DNA of 64,000 nucleotides from Paramoeba atlantica (taxonomy: Eukaryota; Protista; Discosea), in contig CDRNVI010000060.1 in NCBI GenBank assembly GCA_977017575.1, positions 434,001 to 498,000 of the forward strand, read 5' to 3'. A program made the position numbers and the translations under genes. The notes beneath the pieces were generated by a model. The model ran no database searches, was not told the DNA's origin, and worked only from the letters and a program-made list of their open reading frames with translations. This document shows, in pieces, positions 1 through 9,385 of this stretch. Position 1 is the first letter of the stretch, and every line of letters begins with the position of its first letter.

Positions 1-2
1 CT

Positions 3-261
3 CCGTGTGGGATGCTAATCCCCAAGTGGGACGTACGAAAACATGTAGTCCCTTTTCAGCCCATGATGAAAATTTTAGAAAATGCCCGTATTATTTTATT
101 TATAACATTTATTTATAATATTTAGTATTGCAGGAACTCTTTGAGTAATACATGTAAAAATGTGAAATCGTTTTAATGCACCGTATTCATACATGTATGG
201 AAGTAAACGATGGATAATTATGTGTAACTCATTGTAATCCTAGCCGTATTTTCAAAGCAAA
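3..261 (+). repeat. Split direct repeat A1
   Basis: Matches 6690-6948 at a constant offset of 6687. Confidence 0.95.
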
Positions 262-614
262 AAACGCACAATGAATGGCTAGGGGGGACCTTCGATGAGT
301 ACTCATCGTAAGTTGTAGACTTTCGATGAGTCTCACGGAAAGTTGTAGACTTTCGATGAGTACTCATCGAAGGTGTTTTTGACTTTTTCAATTTTTCGTA
401 TTTTATCATTTTTTTTGCGAAGGGCCAACTGTGAGCGTAGCCCTGGGACATAATATTTTTTGGCGACCCGTGCGCTCCATGCGGAGGTGGTGGATATTGG
501 CACGGCGGGCGGAGGAGGAGTTGGCATCACGGCCTTCTTTTTCCGGCGGGCAGGAGGGAGCGGCAAAATCTCAGGACTACTCCTGATTCTTTTGCTTGGG
601 TGCGTGTGAACACT

Positions 615-1666
615 AGAAGTCTACGAATAGAATTGTTCGAAGGATATCGAGTTTCCTGTAGGGTGGGGGGGTGGCCCCACGGGGCACATGATATTCTCAT
701 ATTATGATTTTTACTTAGTTAAATTGTCAGAGTTTAATCGTACATCAATTAGTACGAAAATTTTTTCCTATTCCTCAGTCGCCGCGAGAGAACTCTATCA
801 CCACGCGAAACGCGTAGTCCATCGATCGTGCCAGAGAATCCGATGGGAAGCTCGGAAATGAGCATAATGAAATCAAGAGTGTGTGAAAAGCTTTTGCTGG
901 CGAAGGATGTGGCACCGGTTCTATTAATAAGATATGCTTAAATAATCCAGTAACACCCCCTCCTCATCCGGATACAGTTCCACACCGCCACACCTTATAC
1001 ACGGATGCTTCGTCGACGGGATGGGGAGCAATATTGTACCTCGACTACGGGCAAGTAGTTTGTGTGGGGGATCGCTGGGAGGAGAACTTCGCGTACGAAG
1101 TGAACAAAGCAGAGACGAGGGCCGTTCGTCTCGCTTTCGAGCGTTTGGTACATCACTTCCACCGAGGAACTTGTGTGGACCTTTTCATCGATAACACATC
1201 GTGTTTAGCATCAATTAAAAAGAAATCAACAAACTCAGACGGAATTCATTTTGAACTGAAGCCATTGCTGCAATTCTTAAGAAAGCAGGGAATTACCGTA
1301 CAGCCGGAATACATTTCATCAAAATTGAATCCCGCAGATCCAATCAGTCGACAACAGGTCCAGAGCAGTGCGAAAGGGAAAATTTGTGACTAGCGAAAGG
1401 GTGGTCCCCGCGTGGACACCCGTTCGCGACAGGGAGAGACAATGCATCTCTCGGTGAGTGAATGTTATAGTATTATTAGTTTGTTCAAATTGGTTTCTAC
1501 GGATAGTTTCAAATTCAATTGTAAAATAAAAGAGTGCAGAGATGTACATAGGATACCGTTAAAACAAATTATCAATATACATTATGTAGACTGAAGTTCA
1601 CCTTTTCGTACAATATATTTTATAGTTTCTTTATGTTGTGCAGGGGCTCACCCGGAGGGCAATTCT
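615..1666 (+). mobile_element. Nested insertion derived from a YR retrotransposon
   Basis: Absent from the homologous empty site near 26670 (GAACACT|CCCATG); 2-bp CT overlap at the junctions; carries an RNase H fragment. Confidence 0.75.
1034..1393 (+). pseudogene. DIRS/VIPER-type RNase H C-terminal fragment
   Basis: NKAETRAV, FIDNTS and NPADPISR motifs; homologous tail at about 54885-55010 on the minus strand. Confidence 0.8.
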
Positions 1667-1695
1667 CCCATGAAAGGTAAAGAAAAGTAAATAAT

Positions 1696-1731
1696 CAACA
1701 AGGTACAGAAACTGTATCTTTATCGTTAAAG
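1696..1731 (-). other. Spliced-leader exon copy preceding a captured F3 5' end (MGVFTR...)
   Basis: Reverse complement CTTTAACGATAAAGATACAGTTTCTGTACCTTGTTG, then a pyrimidine-rich UTR and ATG. Confidence 0.85.
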
Positions 1732-1761
1732 ATTATTGTACGTGTGCTTCTCTCTAGATTC

Positions 1762-1954
1762 GTGGGAAGCAATTTGCGAAGCTCAACTACCTTGATAACA
1801 AATTTTAGTACCCATTTTGGCCGCGCGGGGGCCCCCGCGTGAGCGGGGGTGCGCGCGGCCGCGAAACGGCGAGGGCCCGCGTGAGCGGGCCTGAGCCGTA
1901 CCCCGCGTAGGATTCCCCTGTGCGTCGTTAGTGGGAAGCAATTTGCGAAGCTCA
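1762..1954 (+). other. GC-rich hairpin-rich island bounded by 24-bp direct repeats
   Basis: GTGGGAAGCAATTTGCGAAGCTCA at both ends; CCCGC-GTGA-GCGGG hairpins; copies at 26767-26959 and 38019-38211. Confidence 0.7.
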
Positions 1955-2753
1955 CTGAATTTCGTAGTTTTCGCTACGGAGGCGTTGTCAACGTATGTAG
2001 TGAAGTGTTGAATGTTGAATGTTGTTAGGCTTTCTATCCCATTGGGGATGTTGCCTCCCCGGAGTAAGCCGAGGTAGCTTTGGGGGAGGCTATCACTCAA
2101 AGTAGTGAAGTGTAGGATACTGAACGCACGGAAAAGTAAAATCAAAAAAAAATCTTGGGTGTTCCACAAAAGTCCTTGACTTCCACCGTAAATTTCCGTT
2201 CGTTGAGAACTCAACGAACGTACCCCCAACCCGTCTACCCCCTCCGCAGGATTGTCCAGAGGCAAGGCCCAACTGTGAGCGTAGCCCTGTTGTTTTTTGT
2301 AAGACGGTTTCTTCAGCTATTTTGCCGGTTTTAACGTAGGTATCATGTTTCCGTTACGTTGATGGCCATCAGACTATGAGTAGATCATATGTTTTCTTTT
2401 TGTAGATTATGCAGACTGACTTAGCTTCTATTATCGATTAATAGGAGTTCGGATTCTCTTTTGACCATGGGACATAATAATATCTTTTGGCGCCCCGCGC
2501 GCTCCAGCATGCGGGTAGCGCACTGGGAACCTGTGTCTACCCCTTCCGAAGGATTGTGAATTTGTTTTATACAAACGCTTCAGTTTGTTTGCCACAAACG
2601 CTTCGGTGAGTAATAAAAAAACCTCGAAAATCTCTATTAGGGTCGCTCAAAAACGCTTCGATGAGTACTCATCGAAAGTTGTAGACTCTCGATGAGACTC
2701 ACGGAAAGTTGTAGACTTTCGATGAGTACTCATCGAAGGTCCCCCCTACCCCA

Positions 2754-3509
2754 ATGAATGACCTCCCCCCACTATCTGACTCTCGCATTGGACGGTTTGT
2801 GGCCGAGAGTCAGGTTGGCGACACTATCGCGGTTTTATGGTCCTCAGACAAAGTGCCACGTGGAGAAATGTGGAAGGGAGTGGTGAAGAAGATTGGCGAA
2901 GAGAAAACAACTATGTTGGTGGACTATGCGAAATTTGGCGAGCTTACGTTTCCTCCGACGAATGCTCGATTACATGGGGTGGAAAAACTCGCCACTGACC
3001 CTTACTCCGCTGCGATGGAGCGTGTTGAAGGCCGAGAGACTGGAACGTTCGAACCGCTTGAATTATCTACGTACGCGATGTTCATCGAGGCACCCTCGGA
3101 GACGCGAGATCGTAGTTTTGTGGAATTGGACGCTCATTTGCGTCGCTACTTTGCTATTGGAGCTGCCGAACGCAATGCCCCACGCTATCACCAAGACGAG
3201 CATCGGAAGAACGATTTGTTGCTAGCATTTTTGGCTTGGGTGCGAAACTCAATGAAAATGGGACTTGTATGGAAATCAGACGGGAACATGGCGGTCGGGG
3301 ACAACATATTGGCGGCGTTGGTTGCTTACAAAGTTCGCTTTCAACATGGGGACTGCCGCGTCTTCGCACAGGCTCTTGAAGAAGCAAAAACGACCGGGGG
3401 ACTGCGGGGAAAAATTCTACCTGCAATGATCAAAGCCATGGATACAAAAAACGACCGAACAGGGCGAAACGCGGGCCCGATGACAAAACCGCAAGGGAAA
3501 AAATTCTGA
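2754..3509 (+). CDS. Gag-like ORF1 of the VIPER-like element (251 aa)
   Basis: Open ORF upstream of the YR gene inside the split-repeat element; the ATG lies in the right TSD of the MITE. Confidence 0.7.
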   Translation: MNDLPPLSDSRIGRFVAESQVGDTIAVLWSSDKVPRGEMWKGVVKKIGEEKTTMLVDYAKFGELTFPPTNARLHGVEKLATDPYSAAMERVEGRETGTFEPLELSTYAMFIEAPSETRDRSFVELDAHLRRYFAIGAAERNAPRYHQDEHRKNDLLLAFLAWVRNSMKMGLVWKSDGNMAVGDNILAALVAYKVRFQHGDCRVFAQALEEAKTTGGLRGKILPAMIKAMDTKNDRTGRNAGPMTKPQGKKF

Positions 3510-3605
3510 CTCGAAGAATTCAACAGAAATTTAGTCCAAGAAACAATAGATTATATAAGGGGCAATATAATAGAACTATCAACATTAGGGGCAATAATCT
3601 TTACA

Positions 3606-4754
3606 GTGAAGAATATTCTGGAAATATATTTATTAAGGGGCATAAAAAATCAATTTCAAGAAGAGGGAAACGAAACATACGGAAATCAAACGGAAACCAC
3701 AACCGGCGCCGGCACTACCAGTCATGTCCGAAGTACTCAGTACAAGCAACCTTCCACGAGCAACAGGGCTGTTACAGGGATAGTAACAAGATCAAGAGCA
3801 AAGAACTTACTGGAGATCGAAGACCTCTTCCTCGACCGCGTGGAAGGCAACAGAGAAACAAGAGCCGCGATTCCTACAGTCGACGTTCAACAAATGATCG
3901 TTCTAGGCCAGGATCGTCTATTAGAAGAGAAATCCAACTCGCGCTGGAATCACCTTTCCAGCGTGTACAAACAGTATACAGTTTGGAAGGAAAATCTCGG
4001 AAACGACGTTCCAAGCGAAGATTGGTGCATAATATGCTTCTTGGAGTCGAAAATGAGACTAATCAATCCGCAAACTCAACGGGGTACCATCAGCATCCAA
4101 ACCGCACATACGTATGCAAAGAGTCTGATACAAATCATATTCCGATCTGGGGGTCAATTGCAAAAGTCGACAGTAACAGCCTATATGCGATCCCTTCAGC
4201 GTCAAGGGGCTCAAATACCGGAGCATCAGGCGCCCCCGGCTACACGCGAACAAGTATTGGAGGCGTGCGAATGGCTGCTTCCGGACGAAGCCGCGGGCCT
4301 GACCTTGGCGTGGAAGACATGCAGCAGAATAGACGATGTCAAACATCTGAGGAAATTAGATTTACAAGTGGTAGATCTCGAGCGGAGAATACTGGGAGTA
4401 ACGTTTCCGACTCACAAAGGGGATCCCTTCAGAGTAGGGACTGCTATTCCAATGACTTGCAACTTGACGGAGTGGAAAATCTTCATGGACCAATTGGACA
4501 AGCTGAAGCCAGAAGACAAGTTCACGACTTTATCGACGCTGAGAGCCAATGCCGTGCTGAAGCGGGTGAAAGTAGAGTTGTCGGCACATTCTGTAAAAAG
4601 AGGGGCTCTAGTATCACTCCTCAGAGAGGGAGTTCCACTGTCGGTAATACAGCTGTTGGCCAAGCACAAAGATCTGGAGACATTGTGGATATATCTCCCT
4701 CGACTGGAAGTGGCCTTGTCCCTAGGGCTACAGGACGCGACAAAATTACTGTGA
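3606..4754 (+). CDS. Tyrosine recombinase
   Basis: Catalytic set CSRIDD (R), THKG (K), HSVKRG (HxxR), KHKD (H), IYLP (Y); true start uncertain. Confidence 0.9.
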   Translation: MKNILEIYLLRGIKNQFQEEGNETYGNQTETTTGAGTTSHVRSTQYKQPSTSNRAVTGIVTRSRAKNLLEIEDLFLDRVEGNRETRAAIPTVDVQQMIVLGQDRLLEEKSNSRWNHLSSVYKQYTVWKENLGNDVPSEDWCIICFLESKMRLINPQTQRGTISIQTAHTYAKSLIQIIFRSGGQLQKSTVTAYMRSLQRQGAQIPEHQAPPATREQVLEACEWLLPDEAAGLTLAWKTCSRIDDVKHLRKLDLQVVDLERRILGVTFPTHKGDPFRVGTAIPMTCNLTEWKIFMDQLDKLKPEDKFTTLSTLRANAVLKRVKVELSAHSVKRGALVSLLREGVPLSVIQLLAKHKDLETLWIYLPRLEVALSLGLQDATKLL

Positions 4755-6508
4755 ACCCAGAAAACACCAAAGGACATGACAAGAAAACTAAATCAGCGGT
4801 TTACATACTAAAACGTCAATTACAAGGTAGGTTCCCCTTGCACATCGGTAAGATCACGCTAGACAGCGATAACATTATAGGCGAACCGAATCCCGAACCT
4901 ATCTACGTGCATAATTCAACGGACATTGCTAACATTGCAACGAAGAAAATTGAAGACACAAACAATCAGTCTATGTCTCGCGGGCAGCTCACCCGACCAC
5001 CGAGCGTGCGAGCGTACAAAAATCAGGGAATAATAGCTCCTATCACAACCACAAGACTGTCATATTCTATACTGAACAATATGAATGACGATGGCAGCCT
5101 AGACTTTTTACATCTACTACAGAACGTCAACGCCTTTCACGCGCACATGCTGCGTGCACCTAAAGGCAATCGACCAGTGTCTCGATTTATGAGACATCAT
5201 TTACCAGACTTATTACGCATGGGGGTTGTAGAGAAGACCGAAGGACCGATAGTAGTACATCGTACCTTTACAGTTCCGAAGAAAGACTCCACACTTCGTC
5301 TAATCTGCGATTGTAGGAAACTCAACCGAGTTTTCGAATGCCCCCCCGCAATGCACCTACCATCCATACATAACGTGATTGAAAATCTGCTAGATTCGGA
5401 ATGGATGGCTCACGCGGACGCACGGAGTTACTTTTACCAATTCTCCCTCGCTCCCGAGATCCGATCCTACTTTGGAGCGGTTTTAGGTCACGCTAGAGGA
5501 GAAACATGCAGTATTCAATTTTCTTCCATGCCCATGGGATGGTCATGGGCCCCGGCTATTGCACAGCGAGTTTCAAATCGCATTGTCCGGGACATTGGAT
5601 TGGCCTGGGTAGACAATTTTCTTTTGTTCGGAAAATCCAAGTCAGAAGTAGAAAACCATGCAAAAGAATTTCGCGCCCGAGTCCACGCAGTTCAACTAGA
5701 AGTAGATGATCTCACCATGAAGCCACTACAGCAAGCGTGCGTACTTGGTATTGAATTTGATCTAAAAAATAAGAAGTACCGCATGTCAGAAAAGTGGACT
5801 GAAAAGGCGTATTCAAGATACAATGACATAATCGGGAATGGGACGTGGACAGCTGTGGAACTGTATACGCTTTCTGGTTTACTAATGTGGAGGGCCACGG
5901 TTATGAAAATCCCACTATGCACTTTTGCACACCTTCTTCAAACACTAGGAAAAGTTGCCAGAAAAGTGCACGACGAAAAGTCTTGGGAGATCTCCTTCTC
6001 TCCGACCGACCACCTGTTAGGCGAACTGACTGATGCATTTTCCGCACTCAAGCGAAATGTTTGGTTAAAAAAGATAGGTCATATACCCAAAGAAGAAAAG
6101 GTGGAAGTTTGGACTGATGCCAGTTCAATCGCATGGGCTATTCTGTTGTTCAATCAAGGCATTCTCGAAACTGCAAAACAGGGCATGACAAAGCCCGGAG
6201 CCCATATATTCTACTCAGAGCTGAGTGCGGCTCTTGGTGGAATTATGGCAGCAGTCAGAAAAGGACATCGGGACATTCTATTGAACGTCGACAACGCGCC
6301 TGTGGCCATGGCCCTCCAGAGGCGGGCAAGCACTAACTTCACTGCCAATAGGTGGATGCAGTACATCCCATCAAACACTAACCTGGAAGTAAAGTGGGTA
6401 CCTACCAACGCCCAAATAGCAGATCCCTTCACGAGAAAATCCAGCGCTGAAGACTTGACACCACTGCCCTCCATCGGTACTTATATTGAGAGCCTACGGC
6501 GCCCGTAG
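3983..6508 (+). CDS. Reverse transcriptase-RNase H (DIRS/VIPER type); conserved part begins after about 4800
   Basis: RLICDCR, DARSYFYQF, MPMGWSWAP and WVDNF; RNase H motifs TDAS, YSELSAA, VDNAPV, IADPFTR. Confidence 0.9.
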   Translation: MEGKSRKRRSKRRLVHNMLLGVENETNQSANSTGYHQHPNRTYVCKESDTNHIPIWGSIAKVDSNSLYAIPSASRGSNTGASGAPGYTRTSIGGVRMAASGRSRGPDLGVEDMQQNRRCQTSEEIRFTSGRSRAENTGSNVSDSQRGSLQSRDCYSNDLQLDGVENLHGPIGQAEARRQVHDFIDAESQCRAEAGESRVVGTFCKKRGSSITPQRGSSTVGNTAVGQAQRSGDIVDISPSTGSGLVPRATGRDKITVNPENTKGHDKKTKSAVYILKRQLQGRFPLHIGKITLDSDNIIGEPNPEPIYVHNSTDIANIATKKIEDTNNQSMSRGQLTRPPSVRAYKNQGIIAPITTTRLSYSILNNMNDDGSLDFLHLLQNVNAFHAHMLRAPKGNRPVSRFMRHHLPDLLRMGVVEKTEGPIVVHRTFTVPKKDSTLRLICDCRKLNRVFECPPAMHLPSIHNVIENLLDSEWMAHADARSYFYQFSLAPEIRSYFGAVLGHARGETCSIQFSSMPMGWSWAPAIAQRVSNRIVRDIGLAWVDNFLLFGKSKSEVENHAKEFRARVHAVQLEVDDLTMKPLQQACVLGIEFDLKNKKYRMSEKWTEKAYSRYNDIIGNGTWTAVELYTLSGLLMWRATVMKIPLCTFAHLLQTLGKVARKVHDEKSWEISFSPTDHLLGELTDAFSALKRNVWLKKIGHIPKEEKVEVWTDASSIAWAILLFNQGILETAKQGMTKPGAHIFYSELSAALGGIMAAVRKGHRDILLNVDNAPVAMALQRRASTNFTANRWMQYIPSNTNLEVKWVPTNAQIADPFTRKSSAEDLTPLPSIGTYIESLRRP

Positions 6509-6514
6509 GGAATT

Positions 6515-7106
6515 CCGTATTTTCAAAGCAAACCATACTTAGCCCTCATCTAGTTTGCCCATTAGAAGAAAATAGAAGAACGTATAGCACATGGAATGAG
6601 TCTAATATTTAATGAGTTACACTTCTGCAAGAATTGAAGAGTTTAGTTTATCCTATTTTCTAAAACAGACGAAATTAAAATGTATGTCCCCGTGTGGGAT
6701 GCTAATCCCCAAGTGGGACGTACGAAAACATGTAGTCCCTTTTCAGCCCATGATGAAAATTTTAGAAAATGCCCGTATTATTTTATTTATAACATTTATT
6801 TATAATATTTAGTATTGCAGGAACTCTTTGAGTAATACATGTAAAAATGTGAAATCGTTTTAATGCACCGTATTCATACATGTATGGAAGTAAACGATGG
6901 ATAATTATGTGTAACTCATTGTAATCCTAGCCGTATTTTCAAAGCAAACCATACTTAGCCCTCATCTAGTTTGCCCATTAGAAGAAAATAGAAGAACGTA
7001 TAGCACATGGAATGAGTCTAATATTTAATGAGTTACACTTCTGCAAGAATTGAAGAGTTTAGTTTATCCTATTTTCTAAAACAGACGAAATTAAAATGTA
7101 TGTCCC
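6515..7106 (+). repeat. B1-A2-B2 terminal repeats
   Basis: B1 6515-6690 equals B2 6931-7106 (176 bp); A2 6690-6948 equals A1. Confidence 0.95.
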
Positions 7107-7178
7107 TCAAAGAAGCGAGAGAAGGGGGGAAGGAAAAATGAGGAGAAGGAACGAGTTTTCCAGAAAGAAGCACATTGA

Positions 7179-7814
7179 CTACGTCTGTAAGAGCGGTGAG
7201 AGGGTGTACAATGAAAAAAAAAAAAAAAAAAAAAGGCTTGACAAGGCCTCGTTCCAAAGTGGTAGAAATTCCTTGTTCTTCCATCTGGAAAGGCATTTGC
7301 GGACGTGGGAGGTGTATGAGGCTTTACCCTTGTCCCCGCCGCGTCGTGGTGCTGGGATTACACATTTAGGTAACATAGCCAGCAGGGTCCAAGCCTCGAT
7401 GGTGTTGTCACGTACGGCCGCCGCCATGCATTCGGTAAGTGTTTTCGCCCATTCAGGCTTACAGCTGTTTGGGATATTTTTGCAGGTATTGACGGACAAG
7501 GCGGATACTGATGATAGGGACGGCAGATCTTCCACTGTTGGGGCGCCTTGCATAGTGTTCTCGCTAAGCTGCTGCTCAGGGTGGTGCTCAGTAACGGAAT
7601 TTGGGGGCGGGACGGGGTAATCTTTGGAGCCAGCGGAGGAACCATGCGAAGGTTTGGGTGACGGCGTGCGAAACCTGCAGTGCATCTTGTGTGTTGCTTG
7701 CTTGCGCATGGAGTAGTGTTTTTTGCAACCCGGGCATAGGAATCTTCCCTCCTCTGTCCACCATGATTCCGCCACTTCTTCCCCATGTCTGTTAGCCACG
7801 TGGTTGTAAACCAC
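7179..7814 (-). pseudogene. F1 non-LTR element N-terminal fragment (zinc finger)
   Basis: WW.EEGRFLCPGC and WTLLAMLPKCV.PAPRRGG match the ORF at 12813. Confidence 0.85.
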
Positions 7815-7825
7815 GTTCTTCCAAC

Positions 7826-8092
7826 GGCGAAGTTCCTCTGAATGTGCGAAAACGTCTAACCCGATGCAGAATCATCGCGCTAGCGAAACCTCAAAATGGA
7901 ATTCGACCTATTGCGATGGGGGATACCATTCTGAAGATTTGCGGTTCCATCCTTCTACAACGACATGAAAACGCTCTGCAAAATTTTTTCTCCCCAATTC
8001 AACGAGGCATTTTGCAAAAAAACGCATGTGAGTCCATCGTTCACGAACTTTTAAATGAATACGAAGAAGGACATGCTCTCCTCACTTGTTGA
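7826..8092 (+). pseudogene. F2 RT fragment
   Basis: RKRLTRCRIIALAKPQNGIRPIAMGD, as in the ORF at 57963. Confidence 0.85.
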
Positions 8093-8927
8093 CTTGTTGT
8101 TCCTCTTGTTGACTTGTTGTTTCCTTACTCAGTTAACTTTTCATATGTCCTGGGGCAAAGGCCCCGACGGTGGTAAGGAGAAAGCGGCCGCGGACAGCAG
8201 CATTCGTACAATTCAAATCCTGCCTTGTGACTCTTCGCGATCCGAAGTGCAAGACTACCTCCATTTGCATTTAGCGTTCATGAAAACAAAGTGTATGACC
8301 TCTTTTTCGCCTGACCTTGAGCCTGTAAAACCCTCTTCTGCTCGGTCCGGTCCTGAGGATTTCATTCGCCATATTTGCGCTACGCGAGTCAGTGTAAAAG
8401 ATCGAACGCTTTTATTTCGGATAGCGAGTTTTCGGATAGCGAGTTTTCGCTGGGATGATGCGACGCTGATTTTGGCAACGGAAATCAAGGTCGGTAGATC
8501 AGAAGATTGGTTCATTGAGCGCCGAAATCCCTTTTCTGCTCTGTTCCAATCTTCAAAACTGCTGTCCAAGATTTACGTGGAGCCGAGGAATCCGTCAGAA
8601 ATCACTTTGAGCGCAACAAAATTATGGCCCATTGAGCATCTAAATCCCTTTTCTGCTCTGTGCCTTTTTTTCCAGCACTCGTACGATTTCGCATGGTTAC
8701 CGTTCTTGGTTCTCCTCCGAAAATTGGTGTCAGCCATTGTGCGAATGCGTCATGTCAAGCTGCATGCAGTTCCAGTGTAAGCGGAAGGCCCTGACAAGGG
8801 CGAATGTAATATCATATGCCGAACTATAGGCATGTTATATATGTTAGCATGCGATAGTGATCAAAAAAAAAAAAAGTCTGTGGAAATAAAAAGAATTGCT
8901 AATTTGATTGCTTGTTTTAAATTCACT

Positions 8928-8962
<35 letters not shown>

Positions 8963-9008
8963 TTTTGTTTTTTTCGAATTCATCCGAATCCGGCGATCAA
9001 AACCCAAC

Positions 9009-9120
9009 TTCGTGACCGTGCCGCTGTCGGCACATGCCCGCGCCTGCGCCCTCCCGCATAACAAGGGAAGGGTTCCCAAGCCAGGCCGTGGAGAGGTCGA
9101 GAGACCCGGTCCGAAGCGCG
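9009..9120 (+). ncRNA. Partial, diverged copy of the F1 3'-UTR structured RNA
   Basis: Aligns to 9815-10054, with a compensatory stem change and a GAGA/GAAA loop swap. Confidence 0.6.
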
Positions 9121-9195
9121 TACTGCTGGAAGAAGGGGTGGAGCACGCGCGGATTGATTTCTGGGGGGAAGTGAGGGAAAGAGGAGGGCAAAGTT

Positions 9196-9353
9196 TGGAA
9201 GGCGCGGATGGATGCTCGGGGGGGGGGGGAAGTGAGGGAAAGAAGCGGGTGAAGTCGGAAAGTCGCGGATGGTTTCTTTGAGGGGTGGAGATAAGGGAGA
9301 GAAGCGGGCGAAGTTGATAAGGGCGAAGTAAAGTAAGTAGGAAAGTAAGTAAG

Positions 9354-9358
<5 letters not shown>
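9196..9358. repeat. Purine-rich dispersed repeat
   Basis: Near-identical copy at 18001-18161. Confidence 0.8.

Positions 9359-9385
<27 letters not shown>

Larger units (their letters stand above)
277..2751. mobile_element. Non-autonomous TIR DNA transposon (Merlin- or Mutator-like), composite
   Basis: TIRs GG(C/G)TAGGGGGGACCTTCGATGAGTACTCATCG; 8-bp TSD CAATGAAT at 269-276 and 2752-2759; no transposase. Confidence 0.9.
3..7106 (+). mobile_element. VIPER/Ngaro-like tyrosine-recombinase (DIRS-order) retrotransposon, interrupted by a MITE at 277-2751
   Basis: Gene order gag-like, YR, RT-RNaseH; split direct repeats A1 (3-261), B1 (6515-6690), A2 (6690-6948), B2 (6931-7106). Confidence 0.9.

Noticed and set aside
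1893-1932. Group II intron domain V (GAGCCGTA...)
   Set aside because: The 3' arm does not pair as domain V and no other intron domains are evident
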